In this document: positions 20,835 through 28,969 of the stretch, in pieces
Layout of the letters: each line of letters starts with the position of its first letter
How positions within the stretch are numbered: position 1 is the first letter of the stretch
Assembly (NCBI RefSeq): GCF_000940845.1
Contig: NZ_CP010341.1
Location: forward strand, 780,001 to 812,000
Source: Propionibacterium freudenreichii subsp. freudenreichii
GTDB lineage: Bacteria > Actinomycetota > Actinomycetes > Propionibacteriales > Propionibacteriaceae
Direction of reading: 5' to 3'
Length of the DNA stretch: 32,000 nucleotides
The notes under the pieces: model-generated
Told to the model about the DNA's origin: nothing
The model's database searches: none
Seen by the model: the letters and a program-made list of their open reading frames with translations, nothing else
Translations under genes and position numbers: made by a program

Positions 20835-21775
20835 CGCTGGTCACCGGCGCTCGGTGCTGCCGGGGTGCCCGTCGGGACGGGATCGGCGTACTTCGACAGG
20901 AAGAGCTCCTCCAGGCTGGGCGGCTCGCTGACCAGTGAGGTGATCCCCGCGCGGGTCAGCACGGTGATGGCCTGGTCGAGGTGGGCGGCGTCCACCACGA
21001 AGCTGACATGGCCGCCGACCGTCCGCAGCTGGCTGATGCCGGGCATGGTGCCCAGCTCCGGTGCCTCGCGCTGCACGTCGGCGCTCACCGAGGTGGTGTG
21101 CATGGCGCGCATCTGCTCGAGTGTGGCGGTCTCGATGATGCGCCCGGCCTTGATGATGCTGATGCGGTCGGACAGCTCCTCGACCTCGGACAGGATGTGG
21201 CTCGACAGCAGGACTGTGGCCCCGCGCCCCTTCAGCTCCTGGACGCTGGTGTCGAAGGCGGCCTCCATGAGGGGATCCAGCCCCGAGGTGGGCTCGTCGA
21301 ACAGGAACAACTCGGCATCGGAGGCGAGCGCCGCCACCAGCGCCACCTTCTGCCGATTGCCCTTGGAATAACTGCGGGCCTTCTTGGTGGGGTCGAGATC
21401 GAAGCGTTCGAGCAGCTCGTCGCGGCGTGCCGGATTCAGGTCACCGCGCAGCCGGGCGAGCAGGTCGATCACCTGGCCGCCGGTGAGGTTGGGCCACAGG
21501 TTCACATCGCCGGGCACATAGGCCAGGCGCTCGTGCAGGGTGCGCACATCGGCCCACGGATCGGCGCCGAGCACGCGTGCACTGCCGGAATCGGCGCGCA
21601 GCAGGCCGAGCAGGATGCGGATGGTGGTTGACTTGCCGGCTCCGTTGGGGCCGAGGAAGCCATGCACCTCGCCGGACTGCACGCTGAGGTCAACCCCGTC
21701 CAGGGCAGTGACCCGGCCGAAGGTCTTGACCAGGCCGTTGATCTCGATCGCTGTACTCACCCGAGTAGGACTCAT
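20831..21775 (-). CDS. ABC transporter ATP-binding protein (DrrA/ABC-2 exporter type)
   Basis: Walker A GPNGAGKST, signature-like YSKGNRQKV, Walker B LFLFDEPTSGLD, H-loop LLSSHIL. Confidence 0.9.
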   Translation of the reverse strand: MSPTRVSTAIEINGLVKTFGRVTALDGVDLSVQSGEVHGFLGPNGAGKSTTIRILLGLLRADSGSARVLGADPWADVRTLHERLAYVPGDVNLWPNLTGGQVIDLLARLRGDLNPARRDELLERFDLDPTKKARSYSKGNRQKVALVAALASDAELFLFDEPTSGLDPLMEAAFDTSVQELKGRGATVLLSSHILSEVEELSDRISIIKAGRIIETATLEQMRAMHTTSVSADVQREAPELGTMPGISQLRTVGGHVSFVVDAAHLDQAITVLTRAGITSLVSEPPSLEELFLSKYADPVPTGTPAAPSAGDQR

Positions 21776-21791
21776 GGGGCCAATCTACACA

Positions 21792-21811
21792 CATTTCACG
21801 AAAGTGTGAAT
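21792..21811. promoter_or_regulatory. Candidate operator 1: CATTTCACGAA-N3-GTGAAT (dyad TTTCAC-N6-GTGAAT)
   Basis: AT-rich dyad in the 65-bp divergent region between the ABC ATPase start (21775) and ORF 21841. It is near-identical to the site at 22438-22457. Confidence 0.45.
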
Positions 21812-21840
21812 GTTATGAAGAGGTCTTCTCCCGAAGGCCC

Positions 21841-22398
21841 ATGTGGCCGGGGGACAGGGGTCCCGACAGGGTGCCGGGGATGGCCGTTCGGCGGATGTTC
21901 GCCGATGATGTGCATGATGGCGGGGTGCAGATCTTTGTGACGTGGGCGGGCTTCCTGGGGGCCTGGTTGCTGGTTGCCGGGCCCCTGTTGCAGGGCGCGA
22001 TCGAGCTGTGGGAGATCGGACGCAAGGGCCAGGGCGACGTGAAGCTCAAGCCGGCCGATCGGGCGTTGTGGTTGTCGCCGCCGGCCTACTACTTCGTTGC
22101 GCGGGCGCGCATTCGTCGCTGGGAGCGTGGTTCGGGTCGGGAGCGGGCGCGCTCGGTGCTGACGTCCTACGTCAACCGTGCCACCGGATGGTTCACCGTC
22201 GCGGGTGGCGCGTCTCTGATGGCCCTTGAAGCCACATGGGAACTGGCCGAGATCTACCACTGGGGCGTGGCGGGCTTCTGGTTGATCGTGGCCGGCCTGA
22301 TGGTCGCCAGTCACCTGAACGTGGCCATCCGGATGTGGCGCCTGATGCGTGAGGTGCCCCCGCAGGGGTCGAACCCCGAGGTTTCGCCCACGAGCTGA
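21841..22398 (+). CDS. Hypothetical membrane protein (about 3 TM segments)
   Basis: High-GC3 ORF with the hydrophobic segments IFVTWAGFLGAWLLVAGPLL, GWFTVAGGASLMAL and GVAGFWLIVAGLMVASHL. I recognise no family. The start is uncertain (21841, 21880 or 21895). Confidence 0.55.
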   Translation: MWPGDRGPDRVPGMAVRRMFADDVHDGGVQIFVTWAGFLGAWLLVAGPLLQGAIELWEIGRKGQGDVKLKPADRALWLSPPAYYFVARARIRRWERGSGRERARSVLTSYVNRATGWFTVAGGASLMALEATWELAEIYHWGVAGFWLIVAGLMVASHLNVAIRMWRLMREVPPQGSNPEVSPTS

Positions 22399-22437
22399 GT
22401 CGGGCCGGCAGGGGCGGGTGCGTGTTAATCTGCATCC

Positions 22438-22457
22438 ATTTCACGAACCAGTGAAAG
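22438..22457. promoter_or_regulatory. Candidate operator 2: CATTTCACGAA-N3-GTGAAA (perfect dyad TTTCAC-N6-GTGAAA)
   Basis: Located 41 nt upstream of the regulator ATG at 22498. It shares the 11-mer CATTTCACGAA, GTGAA and GTT with the site at 21792-21811. Confidence 0.45.
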
Positions 22458-22497
22458 TTCTGAAATCAGATGACGCCGGACGTCGGGAGGCCACCGG

Positions 22498-23091
22498 ATG
22501 TCGGGAGGGCCAATGGCAGTGAGCACGCACGCTGAGGGCGAGCAGGATTCCGCAGGGCCGTCGGAACCGCGTGATGAGCAGGGGATCTCCGAGTTCGTCT
22601 CGCACTTCGGCGGCCTCATGGCGGCCAGCGGTATGCCGGGACTGACCGGCTATGTCTTCGCCCTGTTGTTGGCCCAGCCGGATGCCGAGCTCACCGCCCA
22701 GCAGATCGGGCAGGCCCTGAACGTTTCGCCGGCGGCGGTATCAGGGGCGACGAAGTACCTGGCCGACATCGGATTCACCCGCAGGTTGCGGCGTCCCGGA
22801 AGTCGCCGCGTGGTGCACGCCCTGAGCAGTGATGACTGGTATGACGCCCTGCTGGGACGCAGCAATGTGATCGAGGGCAGCAAGCGACTGTTCCTGGAGG
22901 GTTCGCGTGCCGCCGGCGGGGTGGGGACGCCAGCGGGCCGCAGGCTGTGGCTCAATGCCAAGTGGTTCACCAAGCTGGGTGACGCCATCGAGCGCGAGAT
23001 GGCCGCCTGGCCGGCCGAACGCGAGGAACTGCTGCGCAGCCTTGGTGAGCTGGACGATGCGGACCCCCACGACGGGCCCGCGGAGTCCTGA
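22498..23091 (+). CDS. GbsR/MarR-type winged-helix transcriptional regulator
   Basis: GLTGYVFALLLAQPDAELTAQQIGQALNVSPAAVSGATKYLADIGFTRR is a wHTH pattern typical of GbsR-like regulators. GGGAGG lies upstream. An alternative ATG exists at 22513. Confidence 0.75.
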   Translation: MSGGPMAVSTHAEGEQDSAGPSEPRDEQGISEFVSHFGGLMAASGMPGLTGYVFALLLAQPDAELTAQQIGQALNVSPAAVSGATKYLADIGFTRRLRRPGSRRVVHALSSDDWYDALLGRSNVIEGSKRLFLEGSRAAGGVGTPAGRRLWLNAKWFTKLGDAIEREMAAWPAEREELLRSLGELDDADPHDGPAES

Positions 23092-23104
23092 TCGACCTTG
23101 TGGG

Positions 23105-23710
23105 TCAGGCGCCCGGGTTGGAGCGCACCAGGCCTTCGAGCGTCTCCATCGACTTCGCCAGGCAGCGCCGCAGCGAATCCTGGTTGAATTCGTCGGGCGT
23201 GGTCAGCCAGGCATCCAGGGTCGTGCGCCAGATGCTGCGGGCCAGCGCCAGCGTCATCGTGGTGCTCGGGTCGTCGGGCGTGCTGCCGAGGCGACGCATC
23301 ACCGCGGCCTGCAGGCGGGCATCCAGGGCCCCGCTGCGTCCGCGCATGGCATTGTGCAGGCCGGGGCTGTCCTGGGCCAGCTTCCGCACCGCCCGCACCT
23401 GGTCGCTGGTGAACTGCACCTGGTCGATGCGGTTGCCGATGACGTCTCCCAGGGCCCTGATCAGGTCAGGTTCGCGCCCGCTGGAGAAGTCCTTCAGGGC
23501 GCTGTCCGAGTAGGCGGCGACCTCAGGCATGAAGGCGTCGTACTTGGTGGCGAAGTGGTTGAACACGGTGCGGCGCGATACGCCCGCCGCCACGGCGATC
23601 TGGTCAACGGTGACCTTGTCGGCGCCATCGCGCAGGGCGAGCTCCAGCGCGGCCGCGCGGATGGCCCGTTTGGTCCTCTGCGAAATGCTGCTCACCACAT
23701 CATCATTCAC
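23105..23710 (-). CDS. TetR/AcrR-family transcriptional regulator
   Basis: N-terminal HTH: AIRAAALELALRDGADKVTVDQIAVAAGVSRRTVFNHF. Confidence 0.85.
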   Translation of the reverse strand: MNDDVVSSISQRTKRAIRAAALELALRDGADKVTVDQIAVAAGVSRRTVFNHFATKYDAFMPEVAAYSDSALKDFSSGREPDLIRALGDVIGNRIDQVQFTSDQVRAVRKLAQDSPGLHNAMRGRSGALDARLQAAVMRRLGSTPDDPSTTMTLALARSIWRTTLDAWLTTPDEFNQDSLRRCLAKSMETLEGLVRSNPGA

Positions 23711-23859
23711 TCAGTGCAGAATCCCCGCAAGGACGCCGCGCAAGTCGCTGTTATCGGCGCCGTGGGCCGATGCAGGTGGGTTCGTCGCGGGATTGGAACC
23801 GGGGACGTGCGCCCGCGGGAGCGGCTGCGTCGTGACCGCCGGGCCTAGGCTAATGAGCC

Positions 23860-24651
23860 ATGCCGACCACCGCGCCCGTTGACCCCGTCGAGCTCGAGCA
23901 GTTGCTGGGGAAGAACAGCTATTGGGGACCCATCCAGTGGCGCCCCGAAACCGGATCGACCAACGATGACCTCGTCGCCCTGGCCAAGAAGGGTGCCGCC
24001 ACCGGACTCGTGGTGATGAGCGAGCACCAGGTGGGTGGCCGGGCCCGCTTCGACCGCGTCTGGCAGGACACCGCGGGCACCTCGGTGGCCACCTCGGTGC
24101 TGGTGGCGCCGACGCCACCGCCGTTGCAGTGGGGCTGGCTCAGCCTGTTGGTCGGTGTCGCGGTGCGCGAGGGCGTCGAGAACTACACGGGTGCGGTGCC
24201 CGGCCGCGTCACGCTCAAGTGGCCCAACGACGTGCTGCTCGACGAGCGCAAGATCTGCGGCATCCTCAGCGAACGGGTCGGTGATCGGGCCGTGCTCGGG
24301 TGGGGCCTGAACGTGAGCATGTCGCAGGAGGAACTGCCGGTGCCCACGGGAACGTCGCTGCTGCTGGCCGGCCTGCCGCACGCCAAAACGCCGCTCATGG
24401 CGGCCGTCCTCCAGGCGCTCGACCACTGGTTCGCCGTCTGGCAGCGCCGCGGGGAGATTCGCGAGGAGTACGCACGGGTCTGCGCGACGATCGGGCGCCG
24501 CGTCACCGTGCACCTCGACTTCGAGCATCCCGACCGGGGCAGTATCACCGGCGTCGCCACCGGCGTCGATCGCAATGGGGCGCTGGTCGTGGACGACGAC
24601 CAGGGCACCCGGCGCGTGCTCACCGCCGGTGATGTGGTGCACCTGCGCTGA
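23860..24651 (+). CDS. birA: Biotin--[acetyl-CoA-carboxylase] ligase (group I; no N-terminal DNA-binding domain)
   Basis: GGRARFDRVW (a variant of GRGRxGRxW), KWPNDVLLDERKICGIL, and a C-terminal SH3-like end. 263 aa. Confidence 0.9.
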   Translation: MPTTAPVDPVELEQLLGKNSYWGPIQWRPETGSTNDDLVALAKKGAATGLVVMSEHQVGGRARFDRVWQDTAGTSVATSVLVAPTPPPLQWGWLSLLVGVAVREGVENYTGAVPGRVTLKWPNDVLLDERKICGILSERVGDRAVLGWGLNVSMSQEELPVPTGTSLLLAGLPHAKTPLMAAVLQALDHWFAVWQRRGEIREEYARVCATIGRRVTVHLDFEHPDRGSITGVATGVDRNGALVVDDDQGTRRVLTAGDVVHLR

Positions 24652-24684
24652 GGGGATCGGGGCCGCTGCTGCCAGAATGGACCC

Positions 24685-25188
24685 ATGGGATGGCGACGAC
24701 ACCTGGGCGACGACGAGACCGTCATTGCCGACCTGCGTGCCCATCCCAAGGCGCTCGTGGTGCCCGTGGTCTTCCTGTTCGCCCTGGCGGCGGCCTGTGG
24801 CGTGGCCCTGGCCATGGTGCCGGCGGCGGTGGAGCCGTGGGCCGGTTGGCTGATCGCCGTCATCACCGCGGGGCTGGCGATCGCCTTCGTCCAGCGTCCG
24901 GTGTTGGCCTGGGCCACCACCCGCTATGGCTTCACCGACCGACGGCTCGTGGTGCGCGCTGGGCTGTTGCGACGCCGCCGCAGTGACCTCCCCTACAGCC
25001 GCATCACCGATGTGTCCTATGCGCGGGGACTGCTCGATCGCCTGTGGGGCAGCGGCACGCTGGTTGTCACCACCGCATCGGGCGCCCGCCTTGAGTTGAT
25101 CGGAATGCCCCAGGTGATTGCCCTGCACCAGGCCGTCAGCCAGCTGGTCGCGGAGTCGCGTCCGGCCGCTCCCGACCTGCCATATTGA
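24685..25188 (+). CDS. PH-domain (bPH_2 / YdbS-like) membrane protein
   Basis: Two TM helices followed by YGFTDRRLVVRAGLLRRRRSDLPYSRITDVSYARGLLDRLWGSGTLVV. Confidence 0.8.
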   Translation: MGWRRHLGDDETVIADLRAHPKALVVPVVFLFALAAACGVALAMVPAAVEPWAGWLIAVITAGLAIAFVQRPVLAWATTRYGFTDRRLVVRAGLLRRRRSDLPYSRITDVSYARGLLDRLWGSGTLVVTTASGARLELIGMPQVIALHQAVSQLVAESRPAAPDLPY

Positions 25189-25269
25189 GCCGCTACGGTT
25201 GAGTGGGCGGGTCATGTTCCCGTCCGCCAAGGGTGTGCCCGCTCGACGGGCATCGAGAAAGGGCCGTCC

Positions 25270-25854
25270 ATGCCGAAGATCAATGCCCCCACGGTGCGAG
25301 AGCATCACGAAAGGGTGTTGACGAGCCTCATCGACGCAGCCGAGCAGGTGCTGCGCTACGAGGGCCCCGACCAGTTCACCACCAGCGCCGTGAGTGCGCG
25401 GGCCGGTGTCGCGCGCAACTCCATCTACCGCTACGTCGACAGCGTCGACGACCTGCGGGGACTGGTGGTCGAGCGCTACATGCCGGCGTGGTTCCGGGCC
25501 GTCCAGGAGGCCATGGATGCCACGTCCGACCCGGCCCAGCAGATCGTGGCGTGGGCGCTCACCAACCTGGAACAGGCCACCATCGCCGGCCACGGCTGGT
25601 TGATGAAGGTGGGCGACAAGCGCCTGAACCAGCAGGCCGCAGGAACCGTGAACCAGGCCCACCAGAACATGTTCGCCGGGCTGGGGGAGGCATGGGCGCA
25701 GATCTCCGCGCCCAATGCGCGCCTGGGTGCGGCCATGACCGGGGGGCTGTTGAACTCCTGCATGAAGCAGGTGGAGGCCGGCATGGACTCCCATGAGGTT
25801 GCCGCCGGCCTGGAACGTGCCGTGCGGGCCCTGGTCGAGGCCTTCCGCAGGTAG
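25270..25854 (+). CDS. TetR/AcrR-family transcriptional regulator
   Basis: HTH: LIDAAEQVLRYEGPDQFTTSAVSARAGVARNSIYRYV. Confidence 0.85.
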   Translation: MPKINAPTVREHHERVLTSLIDAAEQVLRYEGPDQFTTSAVSARAGVARNSIYRYVDSVDDLRGLVVERYMPAWFRAVQEAMDATSDPAQQIVAWALTNLEQATIAGHGWLMKVGDKRLNQQAAGTVNQAHQNMFAGLGEAWAQISAPNARLGAAMTGGLLNSCMKQVEAGMDSHEVAAGLERAVRALVEAFRR

Positions 25855-25902
25855 CGCCCCCCCGAAGGCCCGGAGGACTTCCGGCCCAGTGTTCCGGGAA
25901 GG

Positions 25903-25908
25903 CCTAGA
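25903..25908. repeat. Target-site duplication of the IS481-family element (left copy, CCTAGA)
   Basis: Identical hexamer at 27002-27007 directly abutting the IS termini. It fits the NCTAGN target preference known for IS481. Confidence 0.85.
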
Positions 25909-27001
25909 TGTACTTCCCCGGGAGGTTGTGAACGGGTGAGGTAGCGAAGACCTCCGGGCAGGATGTGGGTTACCACACTCACTCTCCTGACCACGGAGGT
26001 CTTCGTGACTCACGCTAACGCACCCTTGACACCGGAAGGGCGTCGTCGTCTTGCTGTTCTCGTCGTGGAACAGGGCTGGTCGTTGCGGCGGGCGGCGGAA
26101 CGGTTCCAGTGCTCGCCCGCGACGGTGAAGCGGTGGGCCGACAGGTACCGGGCAGGGCTGCCGTTGATCGACCGTAGTTCGAGGCCCACCTCGTCACCGA
26201 ACCGGCTTTCGCGTAAGACGGAGCATCGGATCGTCGCGTTGCGGTTCACTCGCCGGTGGGGTCCGCACCGGATCGCGTATCACCTGCGGTTGCACCGTTC
26301 CACGGTCGGTCGGGTGCTCGCCCGATACAAGATGCCGAAGCTGATCAACATCGACCAGGCCACCGGGCTGCCGGTTCGCCGCCCGAAGCCGACACGGTAC
26401 GAGGTCGCCGCGCCGGGCCAGCTCGTGCACGTAGATATCAAGAAACAAGGCCGGATCCCCGACGGCGGCGGGTGGCGTGCCCACGGTCGCGGATCCATGC
26501 AGGACCGTCACGCGGGAGTGGCCCGCGACAAGGCAGCCCGTGCCGGGGCAGCCGGCTCTCGCGGCTACCGGTATCTGCACCACGCCGTGGACGACCACTC
26601 CCGGATCGCGTACTCAGAGATCCTTGACGACGAGCGCAAAGAGACCGCAGCGGGGTTCTGGACCCGCGCGAACGCGTTCTTCGCAGGCCTGGGCGTCACA
26701 GTCACCGCGGTGATGACCGACAACGGTTCCTGCTACCGGTCAGGCGCCTTCGCTGACGCGCTCGGCGACGAGGTGAAGCACAAGTGGACCCGGCCATACC
26801 GGCCGCAGACCAACGGCAAGGTCGAGCGGTTCAACCGAACCCTCGCCGTCGAGTGGGCCTACGCGAAGCCCTACGCCAGCGAAGCCGAGCGCGCCGCAGC
26901 CTACGAGACCTGGCTCCATCACTACAATCACCACAGACCCCACACCGGGATCGGCGGCCAGACTCCCTCAGCCCGCGTTCACAACGTCACGGGGAAGTAC
27001 A
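25909..27001 (+). mobile_element. Complete IS481-family insertion sequence (1093 bp)
   Basis: 26-bp terminal inverted repeats: 25909-25934 TGTACTTCCCCGGGAGGTTGTGAACG against the reverse complement of 26976-27001 TGTACTTCCCCGTGACGTTGTGAACG (24/26). 6-bp CCTAGA duplication and a single DDE transposase ORF. Confidence 0.9.
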
Positions 27002-27006
27002 CCTAG
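26005..27006 (+). CDS. IS481-family transposase (IS3-superfamily DDE integrase core)
   Basis: THANAPLTPEGRRRLAVLV, HTH region, DRSSRPTSSP, then the DDE core HVDIKK...TDNGSCY...RPYRPQTNGKVERFN. GTG start at 26005 with GGAGG 5 nt upstream. The stop codon TAG (27004-27006) lies in the target duplication, outside the IS. Confidence 0.9.
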   Translation: MTHANAPLTPEGRRRLAVLVVEQGWSLRRAAERFQCSPATVKRWADRYRAGLPLIDRSSRPTSSPNRLSRKTEHRIVALRFTRRWGPHRIAYHLRLHRSTVGRVLARYKMPKLINIDQATGLPVRRPKPTRYEVAAPGQLVHVDIKKQGRIPDGGGWRAHGRGSMQDRHAGVARDKAARAGAAGSRGYRYLHHAVDDHSRIAYSEILDDERKETAAGFWTRANAFFAGLGVTVTAVMTDNGSCYRSGAFADALGDEVKHKWTRPYRPQTNGKVERFNRTLAVEWAYAKPYASEAERAAAYETWLHHYNHHRPHTGIGGQTPSARVHNVTGKYT

Positions 27007-27007
27007 A
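27002..27007. repeat. Target-site duplication of the IS481-family element (right copy, CCTAGA)
   Basis: Identical to 25903-25908. Confidence 0.85.
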
Positions 27008-27719
27008 GGACTTCCGGCTCCAGTATCTCGGTGAGCACCCCGCTGGCCGTGGGCTCGGTGCTGGGCATCAGGCGCAGGGCCGTGGGGCCCTCACGCTCGG
27101 CCAGGACGTCGGTGTACTTGCCGTTCTCGAAGTGCACGGCCACGCCGTCGTCCACCGCATAGCCCCCGGGCAGCATGCCGGTGGCGATCGCCTGGGTGTA
27201 GATGGCCCCGCGATCCTCGCCGTCGAGATGCGGGCAGAAGCTGCCCGACAGCATTCCCAGCCCACCACGCCAGCCGCGCAGGTCGCCGAAGGCATCGGTG
27301 AGGCATCCCTCGAACCAGCACGCCCCGCCGGCCGAGAGCCCGCCCAGGACCATGGTGCGGGAGGTGTCGGCAGCCATCAGCTTCAGGGTGCGGGAGACGC
27401 CGTGGGCGTCCCACAGGGCAAGCATGTTCACCGTGTTGCCACCCCCGACCAGCACCACGTCGGCTTCCGGCAGGCGCTTCACCGATTCGGCAGCTCCCTG
27501 CCACAGGGTGAGCACCATCGTGCGGACGCCCAGGCCCGAATAGGCCATCAGGAAGCGGTTGATGTAGGGCGCGGAATCGGCGGATGCGGTGGGGACGAAG
27601 CAGACCAGCGGCGAACGCTCGCCGGACACGTCCACCAGATAGCGATCCAGGCTGGTGGGGGCGCTGTTGGGCGCCATCGAGAAGCCGCCACCACCCATTG
27701 CCACGATGTGAGTGCTCAT
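27003..27719 (-). CDS. Peptidase E-like protein (S51 family)
   Basis: IVAMGGGGF, VCFVPTAS, GGGNTVNMLALW and GGLSAGGACWFEG (nucleophile-Ser context), as typical of the S51 family. Its stop codon (27003-27005) lies inside the CTAG of the IS481 target duplication. Confidence 0.8.
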   Translation of the reverse strand: MSTHIVAMGGGGFSMAPNSAPTSLDRYLVDVSGERSPLVCFVPTASADSAPYINRFLMAYSGLGVRTMVLTLWQGAAESVKRLPEADVVLVGGGNTVNMLALWDAHGVSRTLKLMAADTSRTMVLGGLSAGGACWFEGCLTDAFGDLRGWRGGLGMLSGSFCPHLDGEDRGAIYTQAIATGMLPGGYAVDDGVAVHFENGKYTDVLAEREGPTALRLMPSTEPTASGVLTEILEPEVL

Positions 27720-27787
27720 GACGTCATGATCTCACGCCGTCCACCGAGCCCGCGGGCCGGTCCGGGCACGCCGGATAGGCTGGAGGC

Positions 27788-28969
27788 GTGGAATCTGTGC
27801 ACACGGTGGGCATCATCGGCGGCGGCCAGCTGGCCCGGATGATGTATGAATCAGCAATCGGCCTGGGGCTCGAGGTGAAGCTGCTGGCAGAGGGTCCCGA
27901 TGTGAGTGCCGCGGAGGTGGTCCACGACGTCACGGTCGGCGACTACACCGACCCCGCGACGGTGAAGGCCTTCGCCAGGACCGTCGACGTGGTCACCTTC
28001 GACCACGAGCATGTGCCCACCGAGCTGCTCAGCGAACTCGAGCGTGACGGCGTGGCCGTGCGTCCGGGCCCCAAGGCGCTGGTCTACGCGCAGGACAAGG
28101 CGCTGATGCGCATGAAGCTCGGCGACGAGCTCGGACTGCCCTCGCCGAAGTGGCGCATCTGCGACGACGCCGCCGCCCTGGCGGAATTCGGCAACGAGAT
28201 CGGTTGGCCGATCATTGCCAAGGAATCGCGCGGCGGCTATGACGGCCACGGCGTGTGGAAGCTCGACGGTCCCGGCGCGGCCTCCATTCCCTTCACCGAT
28301 TCGCTGGCGGTCAGTGCCGGGGAGCAGGTGCAGATCCTGGCCGAGGAGTCCGTCGACTTCGCGCGGGAGCTGTCGGTGATCGCCGTGCGCAATCCCGACG
28401 GCGAGGCGGTCGCCTATCCGGTGAGCGAGACCGTGCAGGCCAATGGCATCTGCGTGGAGACCACCACCCCGGCACCCATGATGAGCAGTGACCACGAGGC
28501 CGAGATCCAGGCCCTCGCGTTGCACATCGCCAAGGAACTGGACGTGGTGGGAGTGCTCGCCGTGGAGCTGATGGAGCGGCCCGGCGGCGAGGTCGTGATC
28601 AACGAACTCGCGATGCGCCCCCACAACACCGGCCATTGGAGCATCGACGGCGCCACCACGAGCCAGTTCGAGAACCACCTGCGCGCCGTCGCCGGCCTTC
28701 CCCTGGGTTGGACCGAGGAACGCCAGCCGTGGTGCACCATGCGCAATGTGCTGGGCGGGGCCCGCAAGGACCTGCTGGCCGCACTGCCCGCCGTGCTCGG
28801 CGATGGCGGCCTGAAGGTGCAGCTGTACGGCAAGGCATGGCGCCAGGGACGCAAGATGGCCCATGTCACCGCCTACGGGGCCGACCTGGAGGACGTGCAG
28901 GAGCGCGCCCGTGCCGCGGCCCACTACCTGATGGGTGACGACGACGTGATGGAGGACGACGGTGAGTGA
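27788..28969 (+). CDS. purK: 5-(carboxyamino)imidazole ribonucleotide synthase (N5-CAIR synthetase)
   Basis: [13 protein letters not shown] with an ATP-grasp body. GTG start with GGAGG upstream. An 8-nt overlap with purE. Confidence 0.95.
   Translation: MESVHTVGIIGGGQLARMMYESAIGLGLEVKLLAEGPDVSAAEVVHDVTVGDYTDPATVKAFARTVDVVTFDHEHVPTELLSELERDGVAVRPGPKALVYAQDKALMRMKLGDELGLPSPKWRICDDAAALAEFGNEIGWPIIAKESRGGYDGHGVWKLDGPGAASIPFTDSLAVSAGEQVQILAEESVDFARELSVIAVRNPDGEAVAYPVSETVQANGICVETTTPAPMMSSDHEAEIQALALHIAKELDVVGVLAVELMERPGGEVVINELAMRPHNTGHWSIDGATTSQFENHLRAVAGLPLGWTEERQPWCTMRNVLGGARKDLLAALPAVLGDGGLKVQLYGKAWRQGRKMAHVTAYGADLEDVQERARAAAHYLMGDDDVMEDDGE

Noticed and set aside
21815-21940. Short Cys/Gly-rich ORF MKRSSPEGPCGRGTGVPTGCRGW... 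starting right after operator site 1
   Set aside because: It overlaps the better-supported membrane-protein frame (21841-22398), has no Shine-Dalgarno site, and has poor codon-position GC bias.
23845-26013. 722-aa ORF on the minus strand spanning birA, the PH-domain gene, the TetR gene and the IS481 left end
   Set aside because: It crosses three well-supported plus-strand genes, their intergenic regions and an IS boundary. Its composition is low-complexity (R/G/H/P-rich) with no motifs. I treat it as a high-GC artefact.
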